A stretch of 64,000 nucleotides of DNA from the human T2T-CHM13v2.0 reference genome, Homo sapiens: the NCBI RefSeq assembly GCF_009914755.1, contig NC_060925.1; one strand, 5' to 3'. Every line of letters begins with the position of its first letter. The stretch's first letter is position 1. Shown here piece after piece: positions 35,641 to 48,049 of the stretch. The notes below the pieces were generated by a model. The model was given only the letters and a program-made list of their open reading frames with translations. It had not been told where the DNA came from and made no database searches. Position numbers and translations under genes: made by a program.

Positions 35641-38600
35641 TGTTTGAGGCCTTCGTTGGAAACGGGATTTCTTCATATTATGCTAGACAGAATAATTCTC
35701 AGTAACTTCCTTGTGTTGTGTGTATTCAACTCACAGAGTTGAACGATCCTTTACAGAGAGCAGGCTTGAAACACTCTTTTTGTCGAATTTGCAAGTGGAG
35801 ATTTCAGCCGCTTTGAGGTCAATGGTAGAATAGGAAATATCTTCTTATAGAAACTAGACAAAATGATTCTCATGAACTCCTTTGTGATGTGTGCGTTCAA
35901 CTCACAGAGTTTAACCTTTCTTTTCATAGAGCAGTTAGGAAACACTCTGTTTGTAAAGTCTGCAAGTGGATATTCAGACCTCCTTGAGGCCTTCGTTGGA
36001 AACGGGATTTCTTCATATTCTGCTAGACAGAAGAATTCTCAGTAACTTCCTTGTGTTGTGTGTATTCAACTCACAGAGTTGAACGATCCTTTACACAGAG
36101 CAGACTTGAAACACTCTTTTTGTGGAATTTGCAAGTGGAGATTTCAGCCGCTTTGAGGTCAACGGTAGAAAAGTAAATATCTTCGTATAAAGACTAGACA
36201 GAATGATTCTCAGAAACTCCTTTGTGATGTGTGCGTTCAACTCACAGAGTTTAACCTTTCTGTTCATAGAGCAGTTAGGAAACACTCTGTTTGTAAAGTC
36301 TGCAAGTGGATATTCAGACCTCTTTGAGGCCTTCGTTGGAAACGGGATTTCTTCATATTCTGCTAGACAGAAGAATTCTCAGTAACTTCCTTGTGTTGTG
36401 TGTATTCAACTCACAGAGTTGAACGATCCTTTACACAGAGCAGACTTGAAACACTCTTTTTGTGGAATTTGCAAGAGGAGATTTCAGCCGCTTTGAGGTC
36501 AATAGTAGAAAAGGAAATGTCTTCGTAGAAAAACTAGACAGAATGATTCTCAGAAACTCCTTTGTGATGTGTGTGTTCAACTCACAGAGTTTAACCTTTC
36601 TTTTCATAGAGCAGTTAGTAAACACTCTGTTTATAAAGTCTGCAAGTGGATATTCAGACCCCTTTGAGGCCTTCGTTGGAAACGGGATTTCTTCATATTA
36701 TGCTAGACAGAAGAATTCTCAGTAACTTCCTTGTGTTGTGTGTATTCAACTGACAGAGTTGAACTTTCATTTGGAGAGAGCAGATTTGAAACACTGTTTT
36801 TGTGGAATTTGCAAGTGGAGATTTCAAGCGCTTTGGGGCCAAAGGCAGAAAAGGAAATATCTTCGTATAAAAACTAGACAGAATCATTCTCAGAAACTGC
36901 TGCGTGATGTGTGCGTTCAACTCTCAGAGTTTAACCTTTCTTTTCATTCAGCGGTTTGGAAACACTCTGTTTGTAAAGTCTGCACGTGGATATTTTGACC
37001 ACTTAGAGGCCTTCGTTGGAAACGGGTTTTTTTCATGTAAGGCTAGACAGAAGAATTCCCAGTAACTTCCTTGTGTTGTGTGCATTCAACTCACAGAGTT
37101 GAACGTTCCCTTAGACAGAGCAGATTTGAAACACTCTATTTGTGCAATTTGCAAGTGTAGATTTCAAGCGCTTTAAGGTCAACGGCAGAAAAGGAAATAT
37201 CTTCGTTTCAAAACTAGACAGAATCATTCCCACAAACTGCGTTGTGATGTGTTCGTTCAACTCACAGAGTTTAACCTTTCTGTTCATAGAGCAGTTAGGA
37301 AACACTCTGTTTGTAAAGTCTGTAAGTGGATATTCTGATATCTTGTGGCCTTCGTTGGAAACGGGATTTCTTCATATTCTGCTAGACAGAAGAATTCTCA
37401 GTAACTTCCTTGTGTTGTGTGTATTCAACTCACAGAGTTGAACGATCCTTTACACAGAGCAGACTTGAAACACTCTTTTTGTGGAATTTGCAAGTGGAGA
37501 TTTCAGCCGCTTTGAGGTCAATGGTAGAAAAGGAAACTATCTTCATATAAAGACTAGACAGAATGATTCTCAGAAAATCTTTTGTGATGTGTGCGTTCAA
37601 CTCACAGAGTTTAACTTTTCTTCTCATAGAGCAGTTAGGAAACACTCTGTTTGCAAAGTCTGCAAGTGGATATTCAGACCTGTTTGAGGCCTTCGTTGGA
37701 AACGGGATTTCTTCATATTATGCTAGACAGAATAATTCTCAGTAACTTCCTTGTGTTGTGTGTATTCAACTCACAGAGTTGAAGGATCCTTTACAGAGAG
37801 CAGGCTTGAAACACTCTTTTTGTCGAATTTGCAAGTGGAGATTTCAGCCGCTTTGAGGTCAATGGTAGAATAGGAAATATCTTCTTATAGAAACTAGACA
37901 AAATGATTCTCATGAACTCCTTTGTGATGTGTGCGTTCAACTCACAGAGTTTAACCTTTCTTTTCATAGAGCAGTTAGGAAACACTCTGTTTGTAAAGTC
38001 TGCAAGTGGATATTCAGACCTCCTTGAGGCCTTCGTTGGAAACGGGATTTCTTCATATTCTGCTAGACAGAAGAATTCTCAGTAACTTCCTTGTGTTGTG
38101 TGTATTCAACTCACAGAGTTGAACGATCCTTTACACAGAGCAGACTTGAAACACTCTTTTTGTGGAATTTGCAAGTGGAGATTTCAGCCGCTTTGAGGTC
38201 AATGGTAGAAAAGGAAACTATCTTCATATAAAGACTAGACAGAATGATTCTCAGAAAATCTTTTGTGATGTGTGCGTTCAACTCACAGAGTTTAACTTTT
38301 CTTCTCATAGAGCAGTTAGGAAACACTCTGTTTGTAAAGTCTGCAAGTGGATATTCAGACCTGTTTGAGGCCTTCGTTGGAAACGGGATTTCTTCATATT
38401 ATGCTAGACAGAATAATTCTCAGTAACTTCCTTGTGTTGTGTGTATTCAACTCACAGAGTTGAAGGATCCTTTACAGAGAGCAGGCTTGAAACACTCTTT
38501 TTGTCGAATTTGCAAGTGGAGATTTCAGCCGCTTTGAGGTCAATGGTAGAATAGGAAATATCTTCTTATAGAAACTAGACAAAATGATTCTCATGAACTC

Positions 38601-39530
38601 CTTTGTGATGTGTGCGTTCAACTCACAGAGTTTAACCTTTCTTTTCATAGAGCAGTTAGGAAACACTCTGTTTGTAAAGTCTGCAAGTGGATATTCAGAC
38701 CTCCTTGAGGCCTTCGTTGGAAACGGGATTTCTTCATATTCTGCTAGACAGAAGAATTCTCAGTAACTTCCTTGTGTTGTGTGTATTCAACTCACAGAGT
38801 TGAACGATCCTTTACACAGAGCAGACTTGAAACATTCTTTTTGTGGAATTTGCAAGTGGAGATTTCAGCCGCTTTGAGGTCAATGGTAGAATAGGAAATA
38901 TCTTCCTATAGAAACTAGACAGAACGATTCTCAGAAACTCCTTTGTGATGTGTGCGTTCAACTCACAGAGTTTAACCTTTCTTTTCATAGAGCAGTTAGG
39001 AAACACTCTGTTTGTAAAGTCTGCAAGTGGATATTCAGACCTGTTTGAGGCCTTCGTTGGAAACGGGATTTCTTCATATTATGCTAGACAGAATAATTCT
39101 CAGTAACTTCCTTGTGTTGTGTGTATTCAACTCACAGAGTTGAACGATCCTTTACAGAGAGCAGGCTTGAAACACTCTTTTTGTCGAATTTGCAAGTGGA
39201 GATTTCAGCCGCTTTGAGGTCAATGGTAGAATAGGAAATATCTTCTTATAGAAACTAGACAAAATGATTCTCATGAACTCCTTTGTGATGTGTGCGTTCA
39301 ACTCACAGAGTTTAACCTTTCTTTTCATAGAGCAGTTAGGAAACACTCTGTTTGTAAAGTCTGCAAGTGGATATTCAGACCTCCTTGAGGCCTTCGTTGG
39401 AAACGGGATTTCTTCATATTCTGCTAGACAGAAGAATTCTCAGTAACTTCCTTGTGTTGTGTGTATTCAACTCACAGAGTTGAACGATCCTTTACACAGA
39501 GCAGACTTGAAACACTCTTTTTGTGGAATT
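32730..39530 (+). repeat. Tandem duplication, period 3401 bp (10 dimers / 20 monomers), 2 copies
   Basis: ORF offsets 33030/36431 through 35751/39152. The variant ttgcaaag occurs at 34253 and 37654, and the A/E chimeric dimer at 35411 and 38812. Confidence 0.9.
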
Positions 39531-42500
39531 TGCAAGTGGAGATTTCAGCCGCTTTGAGGTCAATGGTAGAAAAGGAAACTATCTTCATATAAAGACTAGA
39601 CAGAATGATTCTCAGAAAATCTTTTGTGATGTGTGCGTTCAACTCACAGAGTTTAACTTTTCTTCTCATAGAGCAGTTAGGAAACACTCTGTTTGTAAAG
39701 TCTGCAAGTGGATATTCAGACCTGTTTGAGGCCTTCGTTGGAAACGGGATTTCTTCATATTATGCTAGACAGAATAATTCTCAGTAACTTCCTTGTGTTG
39801 TGTGTATTCAACTCACAGAGTTGAAGGATCCTTTACAGAGAGCAGGCTTGAAACACTCTTTTTGTCGAATTTGCAAGTGGAGATTTCAGCCGCTTTGAGG
39901 TCAATGGTAGAATAGGAAATATCTTCTTATAGAAACTAGACAAAATGATTCTCATGAACTCCTTTGTGATGTGTGCGTTCAACTCACAGAGTTTAACCTT
40001 TCTTTTCATAGAGCAGTTAGGAAACACTCTGTTTGTAAAGTCTGCAAGTGGATATTCAGACCTCCTTGAGGCCTTCGTTGGAAACGGGATTTCTTCATAT
40101 TCTGCTAGACAGAAGAATTCTCAGTAACTTCCTTGTGTTGTGTGTATTCAACTCACAGAGTTGAACGATCCTTTACACAGAGCAGACTTGAAACATTCTT
40201 TTTGTGGAATTTGCAAGTGGAGATTTCAGCCGCTTTGAGGTCAATGGTAGAATAGGAAATATCTTCCTATAGAAACTAGACAGAACGATTCTCAGAAACT
40301 CCTTTGTGATGTGTGCGTTCAACTCACAGAGTTTAACCTTTCTTTTCATAGAGCAGTTAGGAAACACTCTGTTTGTAAAGTCTGCAAGTGGATATTCAGA
40401 CATCTTTGAGGCCTTCGTTGGAAACGGGATTTCTTCATATTCTGCTAGACAGAAGAATTCTCAGTAACTTCCTTGTGTTGTGTGTATTCAACTCACAGAG
40501 TTGAAGGATCCTTTACAGAGAGCAGGCTTGAAACACTCTTTTTGTCGAATTTGCAAGTGGAGATTTCAGCCGCTTTGAGGTCAATGGTAGAATAGGAAAT
40601 ATCTTCTTATAGAAACTAGACAGAATGATTCTCATAAACTCCTTTGTGATGTGTGCGTTCAACTCACAGAGTTTAACCTTTCTTTTCATAGAGCAGTTAG
40701 GAAACACTCTGTTTGTAAAGTCTGCAAGTGGATATTCAGACCTCCTTGAGGCCTTCGTTGGAAACGGGATTTCTTCATATTCTGCTAGACAGAAGAATTC
40801 TCAGTAACTTCCTTGTGTTGTGTTTATTCAACTCACAGAGTTGAATGATCCTTTACACAGAGCAGACTTGAAACACTCTTTTTGTGGAATTTGCAAGTGG
40901 AGATTTCAGCCGCTTTGAGGTCAACGGTAGAAAAGTAAATATCTTCGTATAAAGACTAGACAGAATGATTCTCAGAAACTCCTTTGTGATGTGTGCGTTC
41001 AACTCACAGAGTTTAACCTTACTGTTCATAGAGCAGTTAGGAAACACTCTGTTTGTAAAGTCTGCACGTGGAAATTTTGACCACTTAGAGGCCTTCGTTG
41101 GAAACGGGTTTTTTTCATGTAAGGCTAGACAGAAGAATTCCCAGTAACTTCCTTGTGTTGTGTGCATTCAACTCACAGAGTTGAACGTTCCCTTAGACAG
41201 AGCAGATTTGAAACACTCTATTTGTGCAATTTGCAAGTGTAGTTTTCAAGCTCTTTAAGGTCAATGGCAGAAAAGGAAATATCTTCGTTTCAAAACTAGA
41301 CAGAATCATTCCCACAAACTGCGTTGTGATGTGTTCGTTCAACTCACAGAGTTTAACCTTTCTGTTCATAGAGCAGTTAGGAAACACTCTGTTTGTAAAG
41401 TCTGTAAGTGGATATTCTGACATCTTGTGGCCTTCGTTGGAAACGGGATTTCTTCATATTCTGCTACACAGAAGAATTCTCAGTAACTTCCTTGTGTTGT
41501 GTGTATTCAACTCACAGAGTTGAACGATCCTTTACACAGAGCAGACTTGAAACACTCTTTTTGTGGAATTTGCAAGTGGAGATTTCAGCCGCTTTGAGGT
41601 CAATGGTAGAAAAGGAAACTATCTTCATATAAAGACTAGACAGAATGATTCTCAGAAAATCTTTTGTGATGTGTGCGTTCAACTCACAGAGTTTAACTTT
41701 TCTTCTCATAGAGCAGTTAGGAAACACTCTGTTTGTAAAGTCTGCAAGTGGATATTCAGACATCTTTGAGGCCTTCGTTGGAAACGGGATTTCTTCATAT
41801 TCTGCTAGACAGAAGAATTCTCAGTAACTTCCTTGTGTTGTGTGTATTCAACTCACAGAGTTGAAGGATCCTTTACAGAGAGCAGGCTTGAAACACTCTT
41901 TTTGTCGAATTTGCAAGTGGAGATTTCAGCCGCTTTGAGGTCAATGGTAGAATAGGAAATATCTTCTTATAGAAACTAGACAGAATGATTCTCATAAACT
42001 CCTTTGTGATGTGTGCGTTCAACTCACAGAGTTTAACCTTTCTTTTCATAGAGCAGTTAGGAAACACTCTGTTTGTAAAGTCTGCAAGTGGATATTCAGA
42101 CCTCCTTGAGGCCTTCGTTGGAAACGGGATTTCTTCATATTCTGCTAGACAGAAGAATTCTCAGTAACTTCCTTGTGTTGTGTTTATTCAACTCACAGAG
42201 TTGAATGATCCTTTACACAGAGCAGACTTGAAACACTCTTTTTGTGGAATTTGCAAGTGGAGATTTCAGCCGCTTTGAGGTCAACGGTAGAAAAGTAAAT
42301 ATCTTCGTATAAAGACTAGACAGAATGATTCTCAGAAACTCCTTTGTGATGTGTGCGTTCAACTCACAGAGTTTAACCTTACTGTTCATAGAGCAGTTAG
42401 GAAACACTCTGTTTGTAAAGTCTGCAAGTGGATATTCAGACCTCTTTGAGGCCTTCGTTGGAAACGGGATTTCTTCATATTATGCTAGACAGAAGAATTC

Positions 42501-45500
42501 TCAGTAACTTCCTTGTGTTGTGTGTATTCAACTCACAGAGTTGAACGTTCCTTTACACAGAGCAGACTTGAAACATTCTTTTTGTGGAATTTGCAAGTGG
42601 AGATTTCAGCCGCTTTGAGGTCAATGGTAGAATAGGAAATATCTTCCTATAGAAACTAGACAGAACGATTCTCAGAAACTCCTTTGTGATGTGTGCGTTC
42701 AACTCACAGAGTTTAACCTTTCTGTTCATAGAGCAGTTAGGAAACACTCTATTTGTAAAGTCTGCAAGTGGATATTCAGACCTCTTTGAGGCCTTCGTTG
42801 GAAACGGGATTTCTTCATATTCTGCTAGACAGAAGAATTCTCAGTAACTTCCTTGTGTTGTGTGTATTCAACTCACAGAGTTGAACGATCCTTTACACAG
42901 AGCAGACTTGAAACACTCTTTTTGTGGAATTTGCAAGTGGAGATTTCAGCCGCTTTGAGGTCAATAGTAGAAAAGGAAATATCTTCGTAGAAAAACTAGA
43001 CAGAATGATTCTCAGAAACTCCTTTGTGATGTGTGTGTTCAACTCACAGAGTTTAACCTTTCTTTTCATAGAGCAGTTAGTAAACACTCTGTTTATAAAG
43101 TCTGCAAGTGGATATTCAGACCCCTTTGAGGCCTTCGTTGGAAACGGGATTTCTTCATATTATGCTAGACAGAAGAATTCTCAGTAACTTCCTTGTGTTG
43201 TGTGTATTCAACTGACAGAGTTGAACTTTCATTTAGAGAGAGCAGATTTGAAACACTGTTTTTGTGGAATTTGCAAGTGGAGATTTCAAGCGCTTTGGGG
43301 CCAAAGGCAGAAAAGGAAATATCTTCGTATAAAAACTAGACAGAATCATTCTCAGAAACTGCTGCGTGATGTGTGCGTTCAACTCTCAGAGTTTAACTTT
43401 TCTTTTCATTCAGCGGTTTGGAAACACTCTGTTTGTAAAGTCTGCACGTGGATATTTTGACCACTTAGAGGCCTTCGTTGGAAACGGGTTTTCTTCATGT
43501 AAGGCTAGACAGAAGAATTCCCAGTAACTTCCTTGTGTTGTGTGCATTCAACTCACAGAGTTGAACGTTCCCTTAGACAGAGCAGATTTGAAACACTCTA
43601 TTTGTGCAATTTGTAGTGTAGATTTCAAGCGCTTTAAGGTCAATGGCAGAAAAGGAAATTTCTTCGTTTCAAAACTAGACAGAATCATTCCCACAAACTG
43701 CGTTGTGATGTGTTCGTTCAACTCACAGAGTTTAACCTTTCTGTTCATAGAGCAGTTAGGAAACACTCTGTTTGTAAAGTCTGCAAGTGGATATTCAGAC
43801 CTCCTTGAGGCCTTCGTTGGAAACGGGATTTCTTCATATTCTGCTACACAGAAGAATTCTCAGTAACTTCCTTGTGTTGTGTTTATTCAACTCACAGAGT
43901 TGAAGGATTCTTTACAGAGAGCAGGCTTGAAACACTCTTTTTGTCGAATTTGCAAGTGGAGATTTCAGCCGCTTTGAGGTCAATGGTAGAATAGGAAATA
44001 TCTTCTTATAGAAACTAGACAAAATGATTCTCATGAACTCCTTTGTGATGTGTGCGTTCAACTCACAGAGTTTAACCTTTCTTTTCATAGAGCAGTTAGG
44101 AAACACTCTGTTTGTAAAGTCTGCAAGTGGATATTCAGACCTCCTTGAGGCCTTCGTTGGAAACGGGATTTCTTCATATTCTGCTAGACAGAAGAATTCT
44201 CAGTAACTTCCTTGTGTTGTGTGTATTCAACTCACAGAGTTGAACGATCCTTTACACAGAGCAGACTTGAAACATTCTTTTTGAGGAATTTGCAAGTGGA
44301 GATTTCAGCCGCTTTGAGGTCAATGGTAGAATAGGAAATATCTTCCTATAGAAACTAGACAGAACGATTCTCAGAAACTCCTTTGTGATGTGTGCGTTCA
44401 ACTCACAGAGTTTAACCTTTCTTTTCATAGAGCAGTTAGGAAACACTCTGTTTGTAAAGTCTGCAAGTGGATATTCAGACCTCTTTGAGGCCTTCGTTGG
44501 AAACGGGATTTCTTCCTATTCTGCTAGACAGAAGAATTCTCAGTAACTTCCTTGTGTTGTGTGTATTCAACTCACAGAGTTGAACGATCCTTTACACAGA
44601 GCAGACTTGAAACACTCTTTTTGTGGAATTTGCAAGTGGAGATTTCAGCCGCTTTGAGGTCAATAGTAGAAAAGGAAATATCTTCGTAGAAAAACTAGAC
44701 AGAATGATTCTCAGAAACTCCTTTGTGATGTGTGTGTTCAACTCACAGAGTTTAACCTTTCTTTTCATAGAGCAGTTAGTAAACACTCTGTTTATAAAGT
44801 CTGCAAGTGGATATTCAGACCCCTTTGAGGCCTTCGTTGGAAACGGGATTTCTTCATATTATGCTAGACAGAAGAATTCTCAGTAACTTCCTTGTGTTGT
44901 GTGTATTCAACTCACAGAGTTGAACTTTCATTTGGAGAGAGCAGATTTGAAACACTGTTTTTGTGGAATTTGCAAGTGGAGATTTCAAGCGCTTTGGGGC
45001 CAAAGGCAGAAAAGGAAATATCTTCGTATAAAAACTAGACAGAATCATTCTCAGAAACTGCTGCGTGATGTGTGCGTTCAACTCTCAGAGTTTAACTTTT
45101 CTTTTCATTCAGCGGTTTGGAAACACTCTGTTTGTAAAGTCTGCACGTGGATATTTTGACCACTTAGAGGCCTTCGTTGGAAACGGGTTTTTTTCATGTA
45201 AGGCTAGACAGAAGAATTCCCAGTAACTTCCTTGTGTTGTGTGCATTCAACTCACAGAGTTGAACGTTCCCTTAGACAGAGCAGATTTGAAACACTCTAT
45301 TTGTGCAATTTGCAAGTGTAGATTTCAAGCGCTTTAAGGTCAACGGCAGAAAAGGAAATATCTTCGTTTCAAAACTAGACAGAATCATTCCCACAAACTG
45401 CGTTGTGATGTGTTCGTTCAACTCACAGAGTTTAACCTTTCTTTTCATAGAGCAGTTAGGAAACACTCTCTTTGTAAAGTCTGTAAGTGGATATTCTGAT

Positions 45501-48049
45501 ATCTTGTGGCCTTCGTTGGAAACGGGATTTCTTCATATTATGCTAGACAGAAGAATTCTCAGTAACTTCCTTGTGTTGTGTGTATTCAACTCACAGAGTT
45601 GAACGATCCTTTACACAGAGCAGACTTGAAACACTCTTTTTGTGGAATTTGCAAGTGGAGATTTCAGCCGCTTTGAGGTCAATGGTAGAAAAGGAAACTA
45701 TCTTCATATAAAGACTAGACAGAATGATTCTCAGAAAATCTTTTGTGATGTGTGCGTTCAACTCACAGAGTTTAACTTTTCTTCTCATAGAGCAGTTAGG
45801 AAACACTCTGTTTGTAAAGTCTGCAAGTGGATATTCAGACCTGTTTGAGGCCTTCGTTGGAAACGGGATTTCTTCATATTATGCTAGACAGAATAATTCT
45901 CAGTAACTTCCTTGTGTTGTGTGTATTCAACTCACAGAGTTGAAGGATCCTTTACAGAGAGCAGGCTTGAAACACTCTTTTTGTCGAATTTGCAAGTGGA
46001 GATTTCAGCCGCTTTGAGGTCAATGGTAGAATAGGAAATATCTTCTTATAGAAACTAGACAAAATGATTCTCATGAACTCCTTTGTGATGTGTGCGTTCA
46101 ACTCACAGAGTTTAACCTTTCTTTTCATAGAGCAGTTAGGAAACACTCTGTTTGTAAAGTCTGCAAGTGGATATTCAGACCTCCTTGAGGCCTTCGTTGG
46201 AAACGGGATTTCTTCATATTCTGCTAGACAGAAGAATTCTCAGTAACTTCCTTGTGTTGTGTGTATTCAACTCACAGAGTTGAACGATCCTTTACACAGA
46301 GCAGACTTGAAACATTCTTTTTGTGGAATTTGCAAGTGGAGATTTCAGCCGCTTTGAGGTCAATGGTAGAATAGGAAATATCTTCCTATAGAAACTAGAC
46401 AGAACGATTCTCAGAAACTCCTTTGTGATGTGTGCGTTCAACTCACAGAGTTTAACCTTTCTTTTCATAGAGCAGTTAGGAAACACTCTGTTTGTAAAGT
46501 CTGCAAGTGGATATTGAGACCTCTTTGAGGCCTTCGTTGGAAACGGGATTTCTTCCTATTCTGCTAGACAGAAGAATTCTCAGTAACTTCCTTGTGTTGT
46601 GTGTATTCAACTCACAGAGTTGAACTTTCATTTGGAGAGAGCAGATTTGAAACACTGTTTTTGTGGAATTTGCAAGTGGAGATTTCAAGCGCTTTGGGGC
46701 CAAAGGCAGAAAAGGAAATATCTTCGTATAAAAACTAGACAGAATCATTCTCAGAAACTGCTGCGTGATGTGTGCGTTCAACTCTCAGAGTTTAACTTTT
46801 CTTTTCATTCAGCGGTTTGGAAACACTCTGTTTGTAAAGTCTGCACGTGGATATTTTGACCACTTAGAGGCCTTCGTTGGAAACGGGTTTTTTTCATGTA
46901 AGGCTAGACAGAAGAATTCCCAGTAACTTCCTTGTGTTGTGTGCATTCAACTCACAGAGTTGAACGTTCCCTTAGACAGAGCAGATTTGAAACACTCTAT
47001 TTGTGCAATTTGCAAGTGTAGATTTCAAGCGCTTTAAGGTCAACGGCAGAAAAGGAAATATCTTCGTTTCAAAACTAGACAGAATCATTCCCACAAACTG
47101 CGTTGTGATGTGTACGTTCAACTCACAGAGTTTAACCTTTCTGTTCATAGAGCAGTTAGGAAACACTCTGTTTATAAAGTCTGTAAGTGGATATTCTGAC
47201 ATCTTGTGGCCTTCGTTGGAAACGGGATTTCTTCATATTCTGCTAGACAGAAGAATTCTCAGTAACTTCCTTGTGTTGTGTGTATTCAACTCACAGAGTT
47301 GAAGGATCCTTTACAGAGAGGAGGCTTGAAACCCTCTTTTTGTCGAATTTGCAAGTGGAGATTTCAGCCGCTTTGAGGTCAATGGTAGAATAGGAAATTT
47401 CTTCTTATAGAAACTAGACAAAATGATTCTCATGAACTCCTTTGTGATGTGTGCGTTCAACTCACAGAGTTTAACCTTTCTTTTCATAGAGCAGTTAGGA
47501 AACACTCTGTTTGTAAAGTCTGCAAGTGGATATTCAGACCCCTTTGAGGCCTTCGTTGGAAACGGGATTTCTTCATATTCTGCTAGACAGAAGAATTCTC
47601 AGTAACTTCCTTGTGTTGTGTTTATTCAACTCACAGAGTTGAATGATCCTTTACACAGAGCAGACTTGAAACACTCTTTTTGTGGAATTTGCAAGTGGAG
47701 ATTTCAGCCGCTTTCAGGTCAACGGTAGAAAAGTAAATATCTTCGTATAAAGACTAGACAGAATGATTCTCAGAAACTCCTTTGTGATGTGTGCGTTCAA
47801 CTCACAGAGTTTAACCTTTCTGTTCATAGAGCAGTTAGGAAACACTCTGTTTGTAAAGTCTGCAAGTGGATATTCAGACCTCTTTGAGGCCTTCGTTGGA
47901 AACGGGATTTCTTCATATTCTGCTAGACAGAAGAATTCTCAGTAACTTCCTTGTGTTGTGTGTATTCAACTCACAGAGTTGAACGATCCTTTACACAGAG
48001 CAGACTTGAAACACTCTTTTTGTGGAATTTGCAAGAGGAGATTTCAGCC

